From Halocafeteria seosinensis (taxonomy: Eukaryota): a stretch of 62,646 nt of DNA. The notes beneath the pieces are model-generated. The model ran no database searches, was not told the origin of the DNA, and saw only the letters and a program-made list of their open reading frames with translations. Made by a program: the position numbers and the translations under genes. Location: contig LVLI01000873.1 in assembly GCA_001687465.1 (NCBI GenBank), positions 1 to 62,646 on the forward strand, read 5' to 3'. Positions within the stretch are counted from its first letter, which is position 1. Each line of letters begins with the position of its first letter. Below, piece by piece: positions 24,979-38,800 of the stretch.

Positions 24979-26143
24979 TCAAGAGTCTTGAGTATCCTTC
25001 ACTGGAGATGACTCAGACCCGCCACTTGCCGCACTTGCGCTCACACTTGCAGGTGTGTATGCGGACCTTGTTGCACTCTCTCGCGTCGATGAGGAAACAG
25101 GAGCAGTTGGCAGTGAATCCAATGCTTGCTTCCATTCAGATTGTCGTTTCCTTTCTCTTTCTCCTTCAGCAGTTTCGTTTGTGTTGGTTGCAGGCCTTCC
25201 GTGTTGAGTTGTTTCAGCGTTTTCCGTTTCTTGACCACCGCTATTTGCATGTTCACCCAAGACTTCACGAAGAATGTTTTGAATCTCTTCACTATCCTCG
25301 TCAATATTATCTTCATTCATCTCCATTGTATCATCCAGCATATCGGACGTCATTTCTTCCATTACTCCGGCCTGCAAGCGACCCCCCAGTAATCCACAGC
25401 ACTGGTACACTCTGCGAGATGCCTCGGCAGTCCACTCACCTTTTGCATTTCCATAGACAGTTGCTTTGCCGACTTTGCTATTTCTGGGAATCGTACCAGG
25501 TTTTGCATACCTTGTAGGATTTCACTGCTTTGTTGAAATATCCCTGTCGCTCGGATGATTCCTGGAGGCTCAAACGTTAGAAGGATACAATCACTCGCCT
25601 CCAGTAGTCTTGTGTACATGTGCATCCGCTGACGACTTACCCATTTGTTCCTTCACTTTCATAGAAACCGAGTTAATTTGGGCTGAACATGTTCGTACTC
25701 TGTTTTTCTGTTGTCGGCAGAAAGCCACGTTCTTGGCGCAGGTCTTGGCGTTCCTCATATCATTCTGTATACCATATAGTTGGTAAAGGCACAACGTTGT
25801 TTACGCCGGTGTCTCTGTAGAGCAAGACTCACTCGTTTGGCTGCTCGTTTGGCATCACGGATGTATTCATTCTCTTGACGTTCCAACGCTGCATTCATTA
25901 TCCTTTAATATCGAGAGGAAGCCCTCTGTCATTATCATCCATGGAATGGGCGCACCTTTCGCCTCCCGTTCAAGTCGGGAGCATTCCTGTCGTAGGTGCC
26001 TCCTCCACTCTTTGATCTGTCAGCGTGTGCTCCCATACAACATGAGACAGGTGGAAAGCACAGTGGCACATGATAGTCCTTACCTGGTTTTCACGGTATT
26101 CCTCTGGGTTCTCACGCGCCTCTTTGTTTCGAAAGGAAAACAT
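24979..26143 (-). CDS. VPS24: ESCRT-III subunit CHMP3/VPS24-like (multi-exon)
   Basis: Spliced product MFSFRNKE...IKEWRRHLRQECSRLERE...AKTCAK...AQINSVSM...QQSSEILQGMQNLVRFPEI...LSMEMQK-AGVMEEM matches the Snf7/Vps24 pattern. Confidence 0.85.
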
Positions 26144-26452
26144 TATGATAAATAAGCCTCACTCATTTATTCATTCAAGTCTCGCGCAACACAATCCAAT
26201 CCATAGTGTACGTACATACATACGTTCCGTTCCAGCATCTTACCGGTATTTTGCGGCGGCGGGATGCCTGGGGGGTCCCTGTGAACTTGCAACGACGACG
26301 CTCAGAACGTGCCAGATTGCGGACGTCATAGTTGTTGCTGACTGATTGATTGATGGATACAGTGGCATAGCTCATCTATCTCAACCGGTGACGTTTCTCC
26401 TTGTTTGTTGTGGATTGGGAAAAAACAAAAAAACAACAGGCATTCACCCTTT

Positions 26453-28318
26453 ATGGTGATGAGAAGTGTTATCACTCGGAGAGAGAGAATGGGGCATTCC
26501 ACGCGGTTCAACCTGGCGTGTTATGGTTCCCATAAAGCACTTATACTGCTCATACTTGCCGTGTATGCTCCTTGTGCTTTCTCGGGCCCGAGCTGCAGCC
26601 AAGCAGTGAATAAGCTGCACCAAAAGAGCAGCTTTACGGAAAAGGAAACCGCGTATTTCAAGGGCCTCTCTGTGGACGCTGAGGATCGGGATTCTTTCTC
26701 GATACGATCAACCAGTGCGAATCAATCCCCGTATAAAGACGCGTGTGGAAGCAATGATCAAGCATGGTGCTCGTCGCTGACGCTGGATGTCCAGTGGGCC
26801 TGCAATGACACGTCAGCGGCCGCGGCAGCGGCAGCTGCCAGACGGTATGCTGAACCACGCTCATTGTCCCAGACCTTATTTCGATTTAGATGGGGCTCTG
26901 AGAAGAAGGGCGAATCCCGTCGTACGGATCCCGGAGTAAGATTCAGTATGCACAGCATCAAAGAGTCTCTGAGTCTTGTGCTGCAGAGCATCCATCCTGG
27001 GATGGTTGGATGGGCAGGTGGTCCCAGTGTTACCATTCTGGAAACAGGTAAGAATGAAGGGGGCACTGCTGTGGGATCCGTAAGGGAACCTAGCTACAAA
27101 GCAACCTTGCACCAACGAAAGAAGCAGAAGAATGTAAAGGAATCATCAGGGAAGCATCAACGGCATGGCTTGAAAGACGCAGTGTCGCAGATCCTCCTTG
27201 CGGTGGATTTGGCCCTTGACCCTCTAGAAGCGGTTGTGCGAGGATTTCATTCGTTGCTTAGTAGTGAAAGCACAAAAGATCAGCGGCTTAGAAACCTATC
27301 TGCTCAGCCTTCTGGTTCTGGAAACGTGCTAAGTAGTGTCTACTCTGCTCAGGGCACGATAGGCATTTGTTTTCCTCCGCAGTGCTGTCAAGGTAAGCAA
27401 CGAGACTGCATTTCTACATGTACTGGGATACCATGATCATGACTTTCTGTGTGTATTTGCTCCGGATGCAGGTTCATGTGAGCTCAGTACTGGTATGCAG
27501 ACGCCGATTGTCAATGGCGTAAAGAGTATGCTAGATGAAAAGTGCAACGAGGGACGTTCGCAGTTTTGCTACAAAGATAATAGTGCGTGTCGCAAGGTTT
27601 AGGTTGAGCGTATTCTTCGTTCCTCGAGTAACTTGTGTTCTCTGTCCCTACAGGTGTCTCGATTCAGGCGGCCACCACATGCGGAAGTTATACGCTGTTC
27701 GAAATAATTGTTATGATATCAGTGACGGCCGGGAGCGCTGTGCTCGGCTGTGCCTGCTTAATTGTTTTGTTCAGGTACATATGCCTGCGACTTAGGCTAC
27801 ATCGCCGATTTGGCAACGATGCATCCCAGCCTCTTCTCGCTGCCAATGCGAATGCTGCTATTGAACAGCGAATCACTTCAATGAATCGTAGCTCTTTCCC
27901 CTATCACGACATAACGGATGCCGATAAGCACCATACCTCGTGCATGATATGCCTAGAAGCGTTTGTAAACGACGAAGAAGTAAGTGTCCTCTGTTTTCTT
28001 GGGTTATCAGAAACCACTTCATTCAACGATATTGTGTATCCGTGACAGGTATGCAAATTTAAGGAATGTTTACATCTTTTCCATAAAAGCTGTTTGGAGG
28101 AGTGGCTCCGCCGAAAAGATACGTGCCCGGTTTGCCGTACGAAATGGCTTACCTCCGAGGAGAACTCAGAGGTAGAGGAGAACACCACATCAACTAATAC
28201 GACAGCTTCCAGTGCGAATGCTCCCGTTATTTCTTCGGAAGAACACGCAGCCGATACCAACACGACTGAGAGTGACCAACAGCCCCTTGTGCAGCAGCAG
28301 TCTGAAACCTCCCCTTAG
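26453..28318 (+). CDS. Membrane-anchored RING-H2 E3 ubiquitin ligase (multi-exon; start uncertain)
   Basis: Hydrophobic signal-like ALILLILAVYAPCAFS, a TM segment (IIVMISVTAGSAVLGCACLIVLF), and spliced RING-H2 CMICLEAF...CLHLFHKSCLEEWL....CPVCR. Confidence 0.85.
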
Positions 28319-28438
28319 TCGAAATTAGAGGCTGACTCATGATGACCCTCCAACGATGGTGTAAGCCAGCAGAATCGTAGTTCTACAGGAATTGTCAACG
28401 TGTCCACCGCCCGTTCTCTATATTACGACTCTCTCTGC

Positions 28439-30476
28439 TCAATTCTTAATGCTGAAGCCTGTGATGAGTGGGAGATGATCTGATGGCGCTTCTGCGTTGG
28501 GTAGTGCCCCTTGACACACCTCATTGGCTGGAAGTGACAACGTCCATAACGGATCCGCTTGGCCTGAATCAAGTAGAGCAACATCTTTGAAAGCCTATAG
28601 GCTTTTCTGATATGCTGGTGACCCCGTACCTGTGTAGAAGATGTAGTCCAAAGTTCCCTGAAACATAAGTTGTTTATTTGTCCAGGGTGGTTCTTCGCCT
28701 TCTATTGTGGTATACGCGGACTGCAGGGAAAGTGGTGATACGCTGATCGATATTTACTAGCGAGAATGGAGGGCGATGACCATCAGTACTTACTTCAAAT
28801 TTAAAAGGTAGTCCTAAATCGGGGATAGACTTCTTTGGCACAGTGTCCGAATTACGGGTCACCTGCGGGTGTATTGGATTTCATAATCTAGCGCGTGTTT
28901 CCTAGCGCCCCATCGTTCTTACGGGATGATGTGGATGCTCGTCAAGAAGGTAGCCGTAAGTCAGCATATCGTATACGCCGGAGCAGTGGGATGCTTTCCG
29001 GTCCTGTAAAAGAAACAGAACCATGATAGAAGTACGCGTTTATGGTGAGATAAAGCAGTCGTCCCCAAGGTTACGTACTTCTTCTAGGTATGGGAGTGAG
29101 TTGAAGTCCCCACACAAGATCGTTGCTGGTAGTAGTGTCCTGCATTCGTCGAGATTCCTGTTCTTGACGAATTCTCTATCAACGTCAAATTCAGGATTGT
29201 CACTCTTGTCGGGGACAAGAAACTTCTTGATATCTTCCTCGGAAAGACACGATATACTTTCCGGAGGCACACTCTCTCTGGCATTGGTTTCAGCACTGGA
29301 TTTCGATGGATATGGGTTTTGCATGGCGATCCATGAGCAAGTTGCAGGAAACCATTGAGCTACCATTCTGCACATGTGAATGCCCGCAAAGTATGCCTGT
29401 AATACCTTGAAATCAGGTACACTGGGGTCCCAGTAGAGGTGCACGTTGCCGACTAACAGCGGAACACTGGCTTCCTTAGCGTTGCTCCCAAGGATCTCAA
29501 ACAATGTCAAAAGCATTGGCTTAGCATTTTGGTTAAATTTGTCCCAATATGCATTGATCCTTTGACGTTTCTTTTTCGCTTTCCTCCCTGAACAATGGGT
29601 TCATATTAAATGTCGATCCAAATGAACCCCTCCTGCTCTACTTACCCACAAGTCTGCCAAAGGGAAGCCAATTCCCTACCTCGGCTTCCATGTCATTGAA
29701 TTTTTTCTTCATCACTGTTCCCAGGGTCACTTTCCGGCTCTCTTGAAGCGCTAGCTTCTTCTTACAGTAAAACGTGGCTACACCGACACCTGTTTTACTC
29801 TGCAGAGTTCATTATATCGCGTTGCGTAGGTGCGGCCAAATGAATACACACAGGGTAGGACATCCACCTACTTCGGTAGCAATGATTCCTGTCCAACCCC
29901 GGTCTTCGAAGAACGGCATCCATACTTCACTGAACGCTGTGTATTCTACTTCCTGCGCGGTCGTTCATCCCGATAATGTAAACCTTGAATAAGCATCCTT
30001 TGAGTTGGGACGCTGAATTCCCTTACCTGCATGCAAACGACATCCGGTTCATAGTGCTCAATTTCCAATTGAATCCGCTTCTGGCGGTCCGTGACTTCGA
30101 GCCGTCTGCACTTGTATGCATGTCAGAATTGTGTACTACAATGTGCCACCCCATGCCACCTTGTGTATACGCACTCATCGGGACAGTACGAGAATTGCCC
30201 TCGTACGAAGGCGTCCGCCAGCACATTGTAGGTCATAATAACCACTTCCGTCCCATTCGACACTTGCTCGCGTCGGTGGCAATATTCACGGCGCATGAAC
30301 TCGAAATCGCCCAAACGGAGAGGTCCACTAGAGCTAGAGGAAGCAGCACCTCCTCCTGCAGCTGCTGCTTTCCCGGGGGTGGCGCTCGGGGAGAACATCT
30401 GGAAAGGACCATCTTCCTCATCGTCGCTCATTGTTGTCTCGGCTGTCGGACCAACTACACTGGAGGAAACACCCAT
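28439..30476 (-). CDS. CCR4/angel/nocturnin-like EEP nuclease-phosphatase (multi-exon)
   Basis: MTYNVLA, DVVCMQ-EV, GVATFY, NVHLYWDP, LCGDFNSLP, TLDYIFY and PSDHLPL form the complete CCR4-type EEP catalytic motif set. Confidence 0.88.
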
Positions 30477-30643
30477 CCTGGACACGATAAAAAAAAGGAG
30501 TAGATGGGGCCTTCTGACAATACTACTAAGGATCATGGAGTGGTTGTACAACTGTTGGTTGCCAGAAAACTCTTGGATGGTTAATAAGTCGTACACAATG
30601 CAATTGTAGATGAAGTTGTCATTAAACATTAGAAAAGAAGGGT

Positions 30644-32438
30644 CTAGGAAGGTCCATCGCAACAAGCTTCTAGTGCATGGTACCATTCTTTCATCTCCGA
30701 CAGCGATGCGGCGCATAGGTAAAAGATTCTGTCCGACGTAACGATGCAAAACACAAAAGGGGTAGGGGTCTTAAGGGAAGGTGATCCTACACGCAATCTG
30801 TAGGAGACATGAAACTAAATAGAAACTGATAGAATGCTTCATGACAACGCTTTCCGAATTACATACTCCGCGCTTTTCAAGTCAACAACACCTTTCTCTT
30901 TGGCGGATTGAGAATCTTCAGACGAGTACGTCAATTGCTTGTCAGGCCCAGAGAGGACGAAATATCGGCTTCGCCAACTCCACTGCGCAAGACTGGAATT
31001 GCATTTCTTTAGCCATCCACTCTTGTGAATTAATTCGCGATCGCGATGGGTCATAGTTGACGGTGCTTCCACTCGTACGGATCCCGCAGCTTTCGTCGCA
31101 GGAAGAGCCTGCGAAATCGAAGCCATGCATCCAGCAGAGTATATTATAAGCAGCATCTTGCGGGTGTTACTAACATGCATCGAATTCCCTCCTGAGAGAC
31201 GCGACTGAGACAGTCTTCCAATCGACATGGATGCCGCTATATAGTTGATCCTGTAAATGTAATTGCCGTGCAATCGGTACATACTGATCCGCCTGCAATT
31301 GTTCAAAAATCAATCAACCTACCATATTTGGGCAGCATCCTTGTTTGGCGCACAAAATCCATATATTCGCACATGACCACCGGCAGATTTTACCCTTAGT
31401 CTGAAACCTGGCAACTCCGATAGAGCCCCGCGCTCTTCCGAAACACCGGCCAGTACTTCGGCATCCCTTAGGTCAATGATCCCTTTGCATTCTTCGTCAT
31501 TTTGGTCCAGTGATCGATAATAGATAATTGCCTTTATTTCTGGATCTAGGACCACTAGCCTTTCTGTCCAGGACTGTTGATCCGGGGACGTCTTCCTGAG
31601 CACACCCTTGATCTTGGTTTGAACAACGGGTTCAATGTAGAGCGGTTTTCTTCCGTTTCCAACAGTTCCCGTGGAGGCTCTGACACTACTGTAGGCTTTC
31701 ATAACTTTTTCAATAGATTGTAGCCATGCTTTCAACTCCCCGCTATTCCTGCAAAAAATAGTATACTTTGTGAATTGAGTGCGCCCAAGCCACTGGGCCA
31801 GTGATTTGTACATACTCGATTCCAAAGGTAGTTTCCCGATCCTCTGTTCGCAGTATAAATCCAGCTTTGCATTCCTTCATCGAACTTATTTGCTCCGGGG
31901 ACGCTTCTTCTATAGCTGCACCTTCCAGCGGGATAACACCCCTCGGTTTCTCGATTGTATTGTGTTTGGCGAATGTGATGGTGGGGTGGGACTTGTAGTA
32001 CCGAAGGGTTCCCGTTGAAGCATCGGCCACTACAAAACTGCAGCAGAGAGCACATCCAAACCCATCATCCAAACACAACGGAGCAAAAAGTAAAAACTCG
32101 CAAATATTGGCACGAATACGCCTTGCCTCCCTATGGGGAGACATAGAAGAGCATTCCGTCTTCCAAAGTCATGTTCAACTCCGGTGGTCAACGTACCGGC
32201 GTTTACGATTTTTCCCATGCGGGTCTGTTTTCCATAGCCACCCTTCATGCCCAACGGTAGTTGCGTCACTTGTGGTGAATGTTGAGGCTAGTTCATCTGA
32301 GTCTACGGGTACTTGAGTCCTTGCATCATCTTCTGCGCTCCCATTGGAGGAACCACCACGAAGTCTGCGTGGCGGTGAGCTTCCCGTGAGCGAAGACGAC
32401 GTGTTGGAGGCGCTGCCGCCTCCAGAACTACTCAGCAT
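30644..32438 (-). CDS. Protein with three tandem PH domains (multi-exon)
   Basis: Three PH-type units: HEGWLWK...LRYYK...PRGVIPL...LKAWLQSI; IKGVLRK...WTERLVVL...KGIIDL; HKSGWLKK...WRSRYFVL...KGVVDL...EMKEWYHAL. Confidence 0.85.
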
Positions 32439-32832
32439 TGGGGACCGAAATAGAATCTCGAGGACACAACAAGTTGAACCAAGGCGCACATCGGGGTGGT
32501 TCTGCGTGTACTGTACTGTGTATGGCTTCCATCGCATCTGCCAACTGGCTCCGTGGACGGCTCCTCCGGGCCTCGGGACGGTGAAATCACCGGACACGTG
32601 GCTGAACTCCGACCGCACCACCCTGCCATGGTGCGGTTGCCGTCTCGTTCCTGGAACAGCATGGCTGAGCATGTATGTACAACATAGACGAACATGGACG
32701 TTTGATTGAAACAGGTACATGTTATGTTTGTAATGTATTCGTATATTTACTTGCTAGCACTTGTATGGTCTGTTCAAACTCATTTTGGAGCGTTTGTTGA
32801 AGTTGCGGACAGCGGTGGTGTAAACAGAGGAA

Positions 32833-35800
32833 ATGTCCAAATCCACAGGAGGAGCAGAAGCCGCCCGGAAGGAAGTGACGACGCCCTCTTACGTTTCCAG
32901 TAGTGACCGTTCCATTTCTCAGTCGCAACAGAGGCCGGCGAGCCAGCAGCAGGATGTGTGGAAGACACCCTTATTCAATGTACCTGTCGATGAACGCATC
33001 ACATGTGTTGGCGGATTCTTACCAAAACTTGCCAAAGACGGTAAAACGTACTTGAAAAACCTGATTCACTACTTCCAGGTAAGTGCACCGCATCGTACGT
33101 GGAATGGCACTTGATGGGATTTTGAGACAACTGCAACTGGTATTTGTGTGCAGCACCGGGCACAAGCCGAAATCAATTTTGGGACGAGTTTACTGAATCT
33201 GAGCGCAAGTGTTGACCTTCATAAGGACTCGTTTGCTCAACAGTTCGACCATTTAAACCATTATGGGCTCTTGCATGCTTCACAACGCAAACAATCGGGC
33301 TCCTCACGGGCTCCCCCACCACCTTCTCAAGACGGAAACCATGAATCTTCGACGCAACAAGCTCATGGAGAATCGACTCAACCCAAAGTAGCGAGTGGAT
33401 TTCACAGCACTCTTAATGCTGGAGCTCATAGTTTTGTTCGCTCAAGTCGGGTATGTTGTCTACTGATAACGCTGTGTAACTTGTCACGATACGGTAGCTA
33501 GTCGCTTCATTTCTCAGACCGAGGCCCAAGCAAGGATAAATTTTGGGAAGTATTTAGAGTCAAAGACTATTCCTCGGGCCCAATCACTGCTGGAATGGCT
33601 GCGCGACGAAAAGCTCCGGCTAGAAAACCTAGAGAAGGAAATCAATCAAGACAAAGAGAAGATCGAGGCGCAGCTGCAAAAGGAGCACTCGAGGTATAAT
33701 AAGTGCATGAATTACTACTATTCTGAAGTTTCTCAAGAAATCGAGTATGTGTGAAATCAACATTAGCCTGAGAGGCAAGCAAGAATTCGTGTTATTTAGC
33801 AAGGAGGAATGCTGTTTGAATTCGATGTGCAGGAAGAATACTGCAGGGACGGCGGAGTACGGGAAGGTTGCTGCACGGTGTAAGAAAGCCCAAGAAGATA
33901 TAGAACGGGCTGAAGTATCGCTGAAAAAGTGTATCGCTGAACATCAAGAAGTTCACCGTAGACATGCGAGAATCCGACGGGAGATAGCTAAGTCTTATAT
34001 TGTCACCGAAGAGCAACGACTTTCCGACATAACCGATATGCTTCAGGACGTCTCCAAAGCGTATGGTAAGCTCCTGGAGGAAGTCTCCAACGCTGAAGAA
34101 CCGGCAAAAGCTGAGATAAATAACATCAGTCCTCAATTTGATGTCAAGCGTCACATTGAACTTGTTTTGCATGACCTTCTTCATCGTCATTTGGTTTCAA
34201 GATCTGCTGAATTCATTGCCGAGAGAAAGACTGACGGCGGTGATGATAGTAATCGATTTTCTGGGCCGCAGCAGCTCATTCAGCACTGTTCGTCTGTTGC
34301 AAGGAAGAAATGCCACATGCTTCAGAAAGAGCGGTATCATAAGTTGAAGGATGCTGTGAATGGTTCTTGGGATGAATGTTTTTCAGGCTCATTTAGCAGC
34401 TGCGCAGTTGACGACCGTCCGCCACCTCCTGCCGAACCCTTGGAACTTGATATGCCTTCTACGTTCAGCATGGAAGTGAAGTGCCGTGGATCCCAGCAAT
34501 GTTTTCGTGCTGTCAGCGATGTTTTCAAGACGCGAATGTTCGAGCCGGATCTTACATGTGAAGGGGGATTTCCTGCCTTAGCAACTGCGTCAGGTTTGTC
34601 GTGCGCCTCTTTGTTCCACATGGCTGCAGTTGAACACGTAGCTTGCCGTGGTGTCCAACTGATCTCCCTGGTACAGAAATGGGATGAAAATAGTTTCCAA
34701 AGCTCTCTATTTGAAGCTAACGCTGGTCAAACGTTGCAGCATAAGTTACGGGCGCTTATACGCGATCTTTTTCACCATGATAGCGCTGGTACCGAATACT
34801 CTTTTCCTAAGCACCGCATTGGTGAAAAGGATGAGGAGTTACCGTACTGCATGCTACAACCGATGTTATCAGTCATCCCGTCGATCCGATCATCGTGCAG
34901 CAATAGGAAGCCATCCGACGAGGCGTCCAAACAGAGACGCGTTTACACCCTTTTTGACGATGGAGTATATTTCCGTCTGACGCTGTTGCGCCAGTATCTT
35001 CAACAAGAAGGACTCACTATTGTCCAAAGAGCTCAAGGCATTTTGAGGCAGCTGTTTGCCATCTTATGTTGCTTCGTGGCTAACCAGAATTTATCGAACG
35101 ATATTAGTGAGGATCCTAAATGGAATGGCTTAGTTGAAACCTGCAGGACTGCCATTGAACCTAGCTTGGAACAAATCAGCTCGCCCCCGCGTGGTTCCCG
35201 ACGTCAGAGTCGTGCCGCAGCGAAGAGCAGCACGTTTCGGTCGTTAGAACTCGCCGTTGACGCTTTAATAGATCGTATTGAGGGTGTAGCAGACGCGGGA
35301 GCAGAGTGTCACCCATGCTCCACGTTTGGCATGGGCACGAAGGGTGGAAAGAGCGTTAGTGTGACGGTACTGAAAGGCGGAATTGCACCATCGTTAAAGT
35401 CACTGTATGTCCAATCTGCTTTGGCACCTATATTAGTCCAGTTGCAGCCAGGGGATGGCTACAACGTCATGACGCTTAACGATGCACTCCTTTCGTTGAC
35501 TGATGTGCACTTGGCCTCTGAAGCTGGTGCGATTTCAGTTCTGAGTCTTCTTCTTGGCGAAGGGTCACGACTATTGCCCAACACAAATAATCGTTCGTGC
35601 TTCTCTAGCTTTGTCAGTGCTTGCTTCAGCGAAGGTTTCTTGCGGTGTTGGATGCCGGCAAATGAAACCAAGTCTGCTGGTGAAAATGGACTATGTTTGT
35701 TGCATCCTGAAGAAGCCAACGCGGTTGCGTCTGTTTGGGGAAATGCAGAGACTACGCAACCAACTCCCCGGGGAAAAGTAGTCTTGCAGCTGTTGGCTGT

Positions 35801-38800
35801 TCTAGGTACAGAGTTGGAGCCAAGTGTTAGTTCCACCGCAATGCGCGAAGTGTTTGGTGCGTTGTTAGTAACTAACAGTTACCTTGTGGAACAGAATGTC
35901 ACGTTTCTGGAGCTTTCCAAGAGAGGTATCCAACCGCAAAACGAAACGATACCGGGCTTCCTCGACATAGCAGCGGCATCCCCTTCAAAGAGCGCACCAG
36001 ATATTACTCAGACAGGAGAGCTTGCCCTATGGATCCTAGACAATCCTGTAAAAGTCTCCAAAGGCAACTCCGCGGCCACGCAAGAGATCCTCTTCTTATA
36101 CGAGCGCTCAACGGATGTTGACACCTTATCGACCTATGCGTTGAGCCAACTCCAATCTCCTGAACGGTACTCTTCGTGGATTGGAGAAATATTTGCAGCA
36201 GTATGGAGCTCCTGTTTCGTCCCTGGCTTAGCGTTGAGAGACTTGTCTAGCTTCGTTTTGGATAATGCAGAACTCTACTCCGCAGACATTCGAGAAAATT
36301 GTGACTCAGCCGTAAGGTGCCTTCATGCCAGCGACGAAGCATTGCAGTCACTTGAGTTCTATGCTCAAGTGGTTTCATTGTGTCAAACTCCGCCAAGAGA
36401 CAGCCAATCAACTGTTTCCAAGTTGTCCGGGGTAGCCTTATCGACGTCCATAGCGTTGCGTCGATTCTTGAATGGAGCTTCGTTAGAACAAACCTCGACT
36501 GAGATATGGTCTCAGGGTAGCAACACGTATCATGAATTGTGTGAAACGCTGCGCCTTCTGCCAACGGAAGATTGCCCTCACCGCCTGCGCAAGCTGCTGC
36601 ATGATGATAGGAACTTCGTAATATTTGTTCACGCTTTGTTGGGTGAGACACGAGCCTCGCTTTCTCGGAACATTTGGTGGAATAAGGAGCGTTTGCTGCG
36701 TCGAACCCTCACAACGAGTGACTCCCTGTTAGAGGGTTGCTTTTCTGATCTTGCCTTGATGTGTAAAAGCGTCGTAGAACTGGATGAGGCTATTGACTTG
36801 TTAAGCGCTTCCTTGGAGGAACAATTGTCGACGCCGGATCGGGCATTTCAAGAATGTGCAGATTCCGTTTTTGGTAGTAGCGCTCACACAGCAGAGGCTT
36901 ACCTGCCCCTCCTCTCCATGCGCAAGTTACTCAAATCTTCTAGGGAGTCCTGCAACAAGGATGCGGATGCTGATGACCGCGGCATACCAAGAAATTTGTG
37001 TGCCGCAGCAACGTCGCATGAGCTGCGTGAAGTATTGAACCTTCAGCGTCGGTGTCTCTCCAGGTTCACTCAGGAAGTTGCGACTCAACAGTTACAAGTT
37101 TGGCGGAGCATTGAGCGTGCTATTGGTTTTGGTTGTGACGGTTTTTATGTCGCTGATACAACGTTTGATACCGTTGCTTACGATTCCAAACGCGCAGCAC
37201 CACAGAGCACCACTTCGTATAACTTTTTGGATGATTTTCTTGCGCAATTCTGCGATGTGTCAAAAGCATCTGATGGGGATGGCTCTGGAAGAATTTCCTA
37301 TGGTCTTACAAGAGACTCTGCCTCGACCATAGCTCTCAGTCACTTATCTCGAGTGTATAAGAACGTTCTTTCGGTTAGTGTCTCGGAGTTTGCTCGCAGT
37401 CAACAAACATTGTGGACGCGTGAAGACCCTGGGTTTCTTGTGAGTGTGAAGGCATTGCTCGCTGATCATTGTTCTGTCGCGGTAAAGGACCTGGGGGAAG
37501 ATTATCCGAGGATCATCTGTCAAGAAATGACATCAAGAGATTTGATGAACCTCATACCACCGCTTCCAGGGAAAGAAAAGCAACATCCAAAGTGGGGTGA
37601 GCAAACTAGCTATGGTAGACTAGCGTCTCCGGGGAGCAGTTCGGAGACCACATCTCAGCACCGAATGGTAAACGAAAAATATTCAGAGGACATGAGACTG
37701 CGTTATGCTTCCAAACAAAGCGACTTTTCTGCGACGGGGAACTCTTCAAACTTGGGGTCACGTCTGTACTCCGTGGCTGCAGCGTTGAAAGAGAAGTGTT
37801 CAAACGGCGAGGACGTGAAGTCTTTGGTACCCGCTTCTGTCAAGGCGAAGGAGTATGGCAGCAGTGTTGAGGGCGGGGAGACGGAGAAGAGTTCCTTACC
37901 ACGCGTGCCCAGCATCGGAACCTCTGATCATCAAGTATCTGCCGCAATCCTAAATGTGTATTCTCAACGAGTTAATGATTTGATAGAGCTGCGCAACGTC
38001 TTATCCGATTGCCTCGTAGACTCTGCTTCTGTACTGCAGGTCAAAGAAGACGACCCGCTACCCAAGAGTTTCCGCGAAGTCATTGGTGGGCTGCAGGAGA
38101 GAGCAGTCAGCACTGTCAATTTCATTGCCTGCCACTTGATATTCTTACAGGCGCGATCTTCCCTCTTGTATAATCTATATCGCCCACGTCCAATAGAATC
38201 GCGGCTCGTTGACATCTTGGGTCATCTGGAAGAGCTCGTTCAGAGTGTTTATGTGAATCTTAGACCGCCCTGCAACCGCATTTTCCTCATTCGGTGTATT
38301 GAATGCGTCACTGAATGCTGGGTTCGAGCAACCCTCATTGACCATCGTCAGCAGTGCATTGTTTTCCTGTGTGCGTTACAGAAATTACAGGGCTTGCGGG
38401 AAAATTACTTCCAGGAAGTCTCTGCAAACAGTGAGCACTCGAACTCCAAAGAAACTTTGCGGGGAAAAGCCAGCAATTTCTTCAAACGAGCCTTCACCGC
38501 GAAGCCCGATTCCGATGTTGACAATCGGAATAAGGAACTGGCAGCGGCGGAAGCTTCGATTCCACCGAAATCCTTGCCTCAGCCTGAAGGCTACGTAATC
38601 GCTCAGGATGCCCAAGCTCTGAAGCGCTGGCTAGGCAGTGAGGCAGTGTCTGAACTTCTTCTGCAATCAAGCTCTACCATGAGTTCTGAGAGTTATGCCC
38701 TTGTGTATTCTTTGGGATATGGCATTAGTGGGAAAGAGCATACTTACCTTGATGTTGATTTCTGGGATCAGTTTCAGCATTCCACCCCGGCAAAGGAAAT

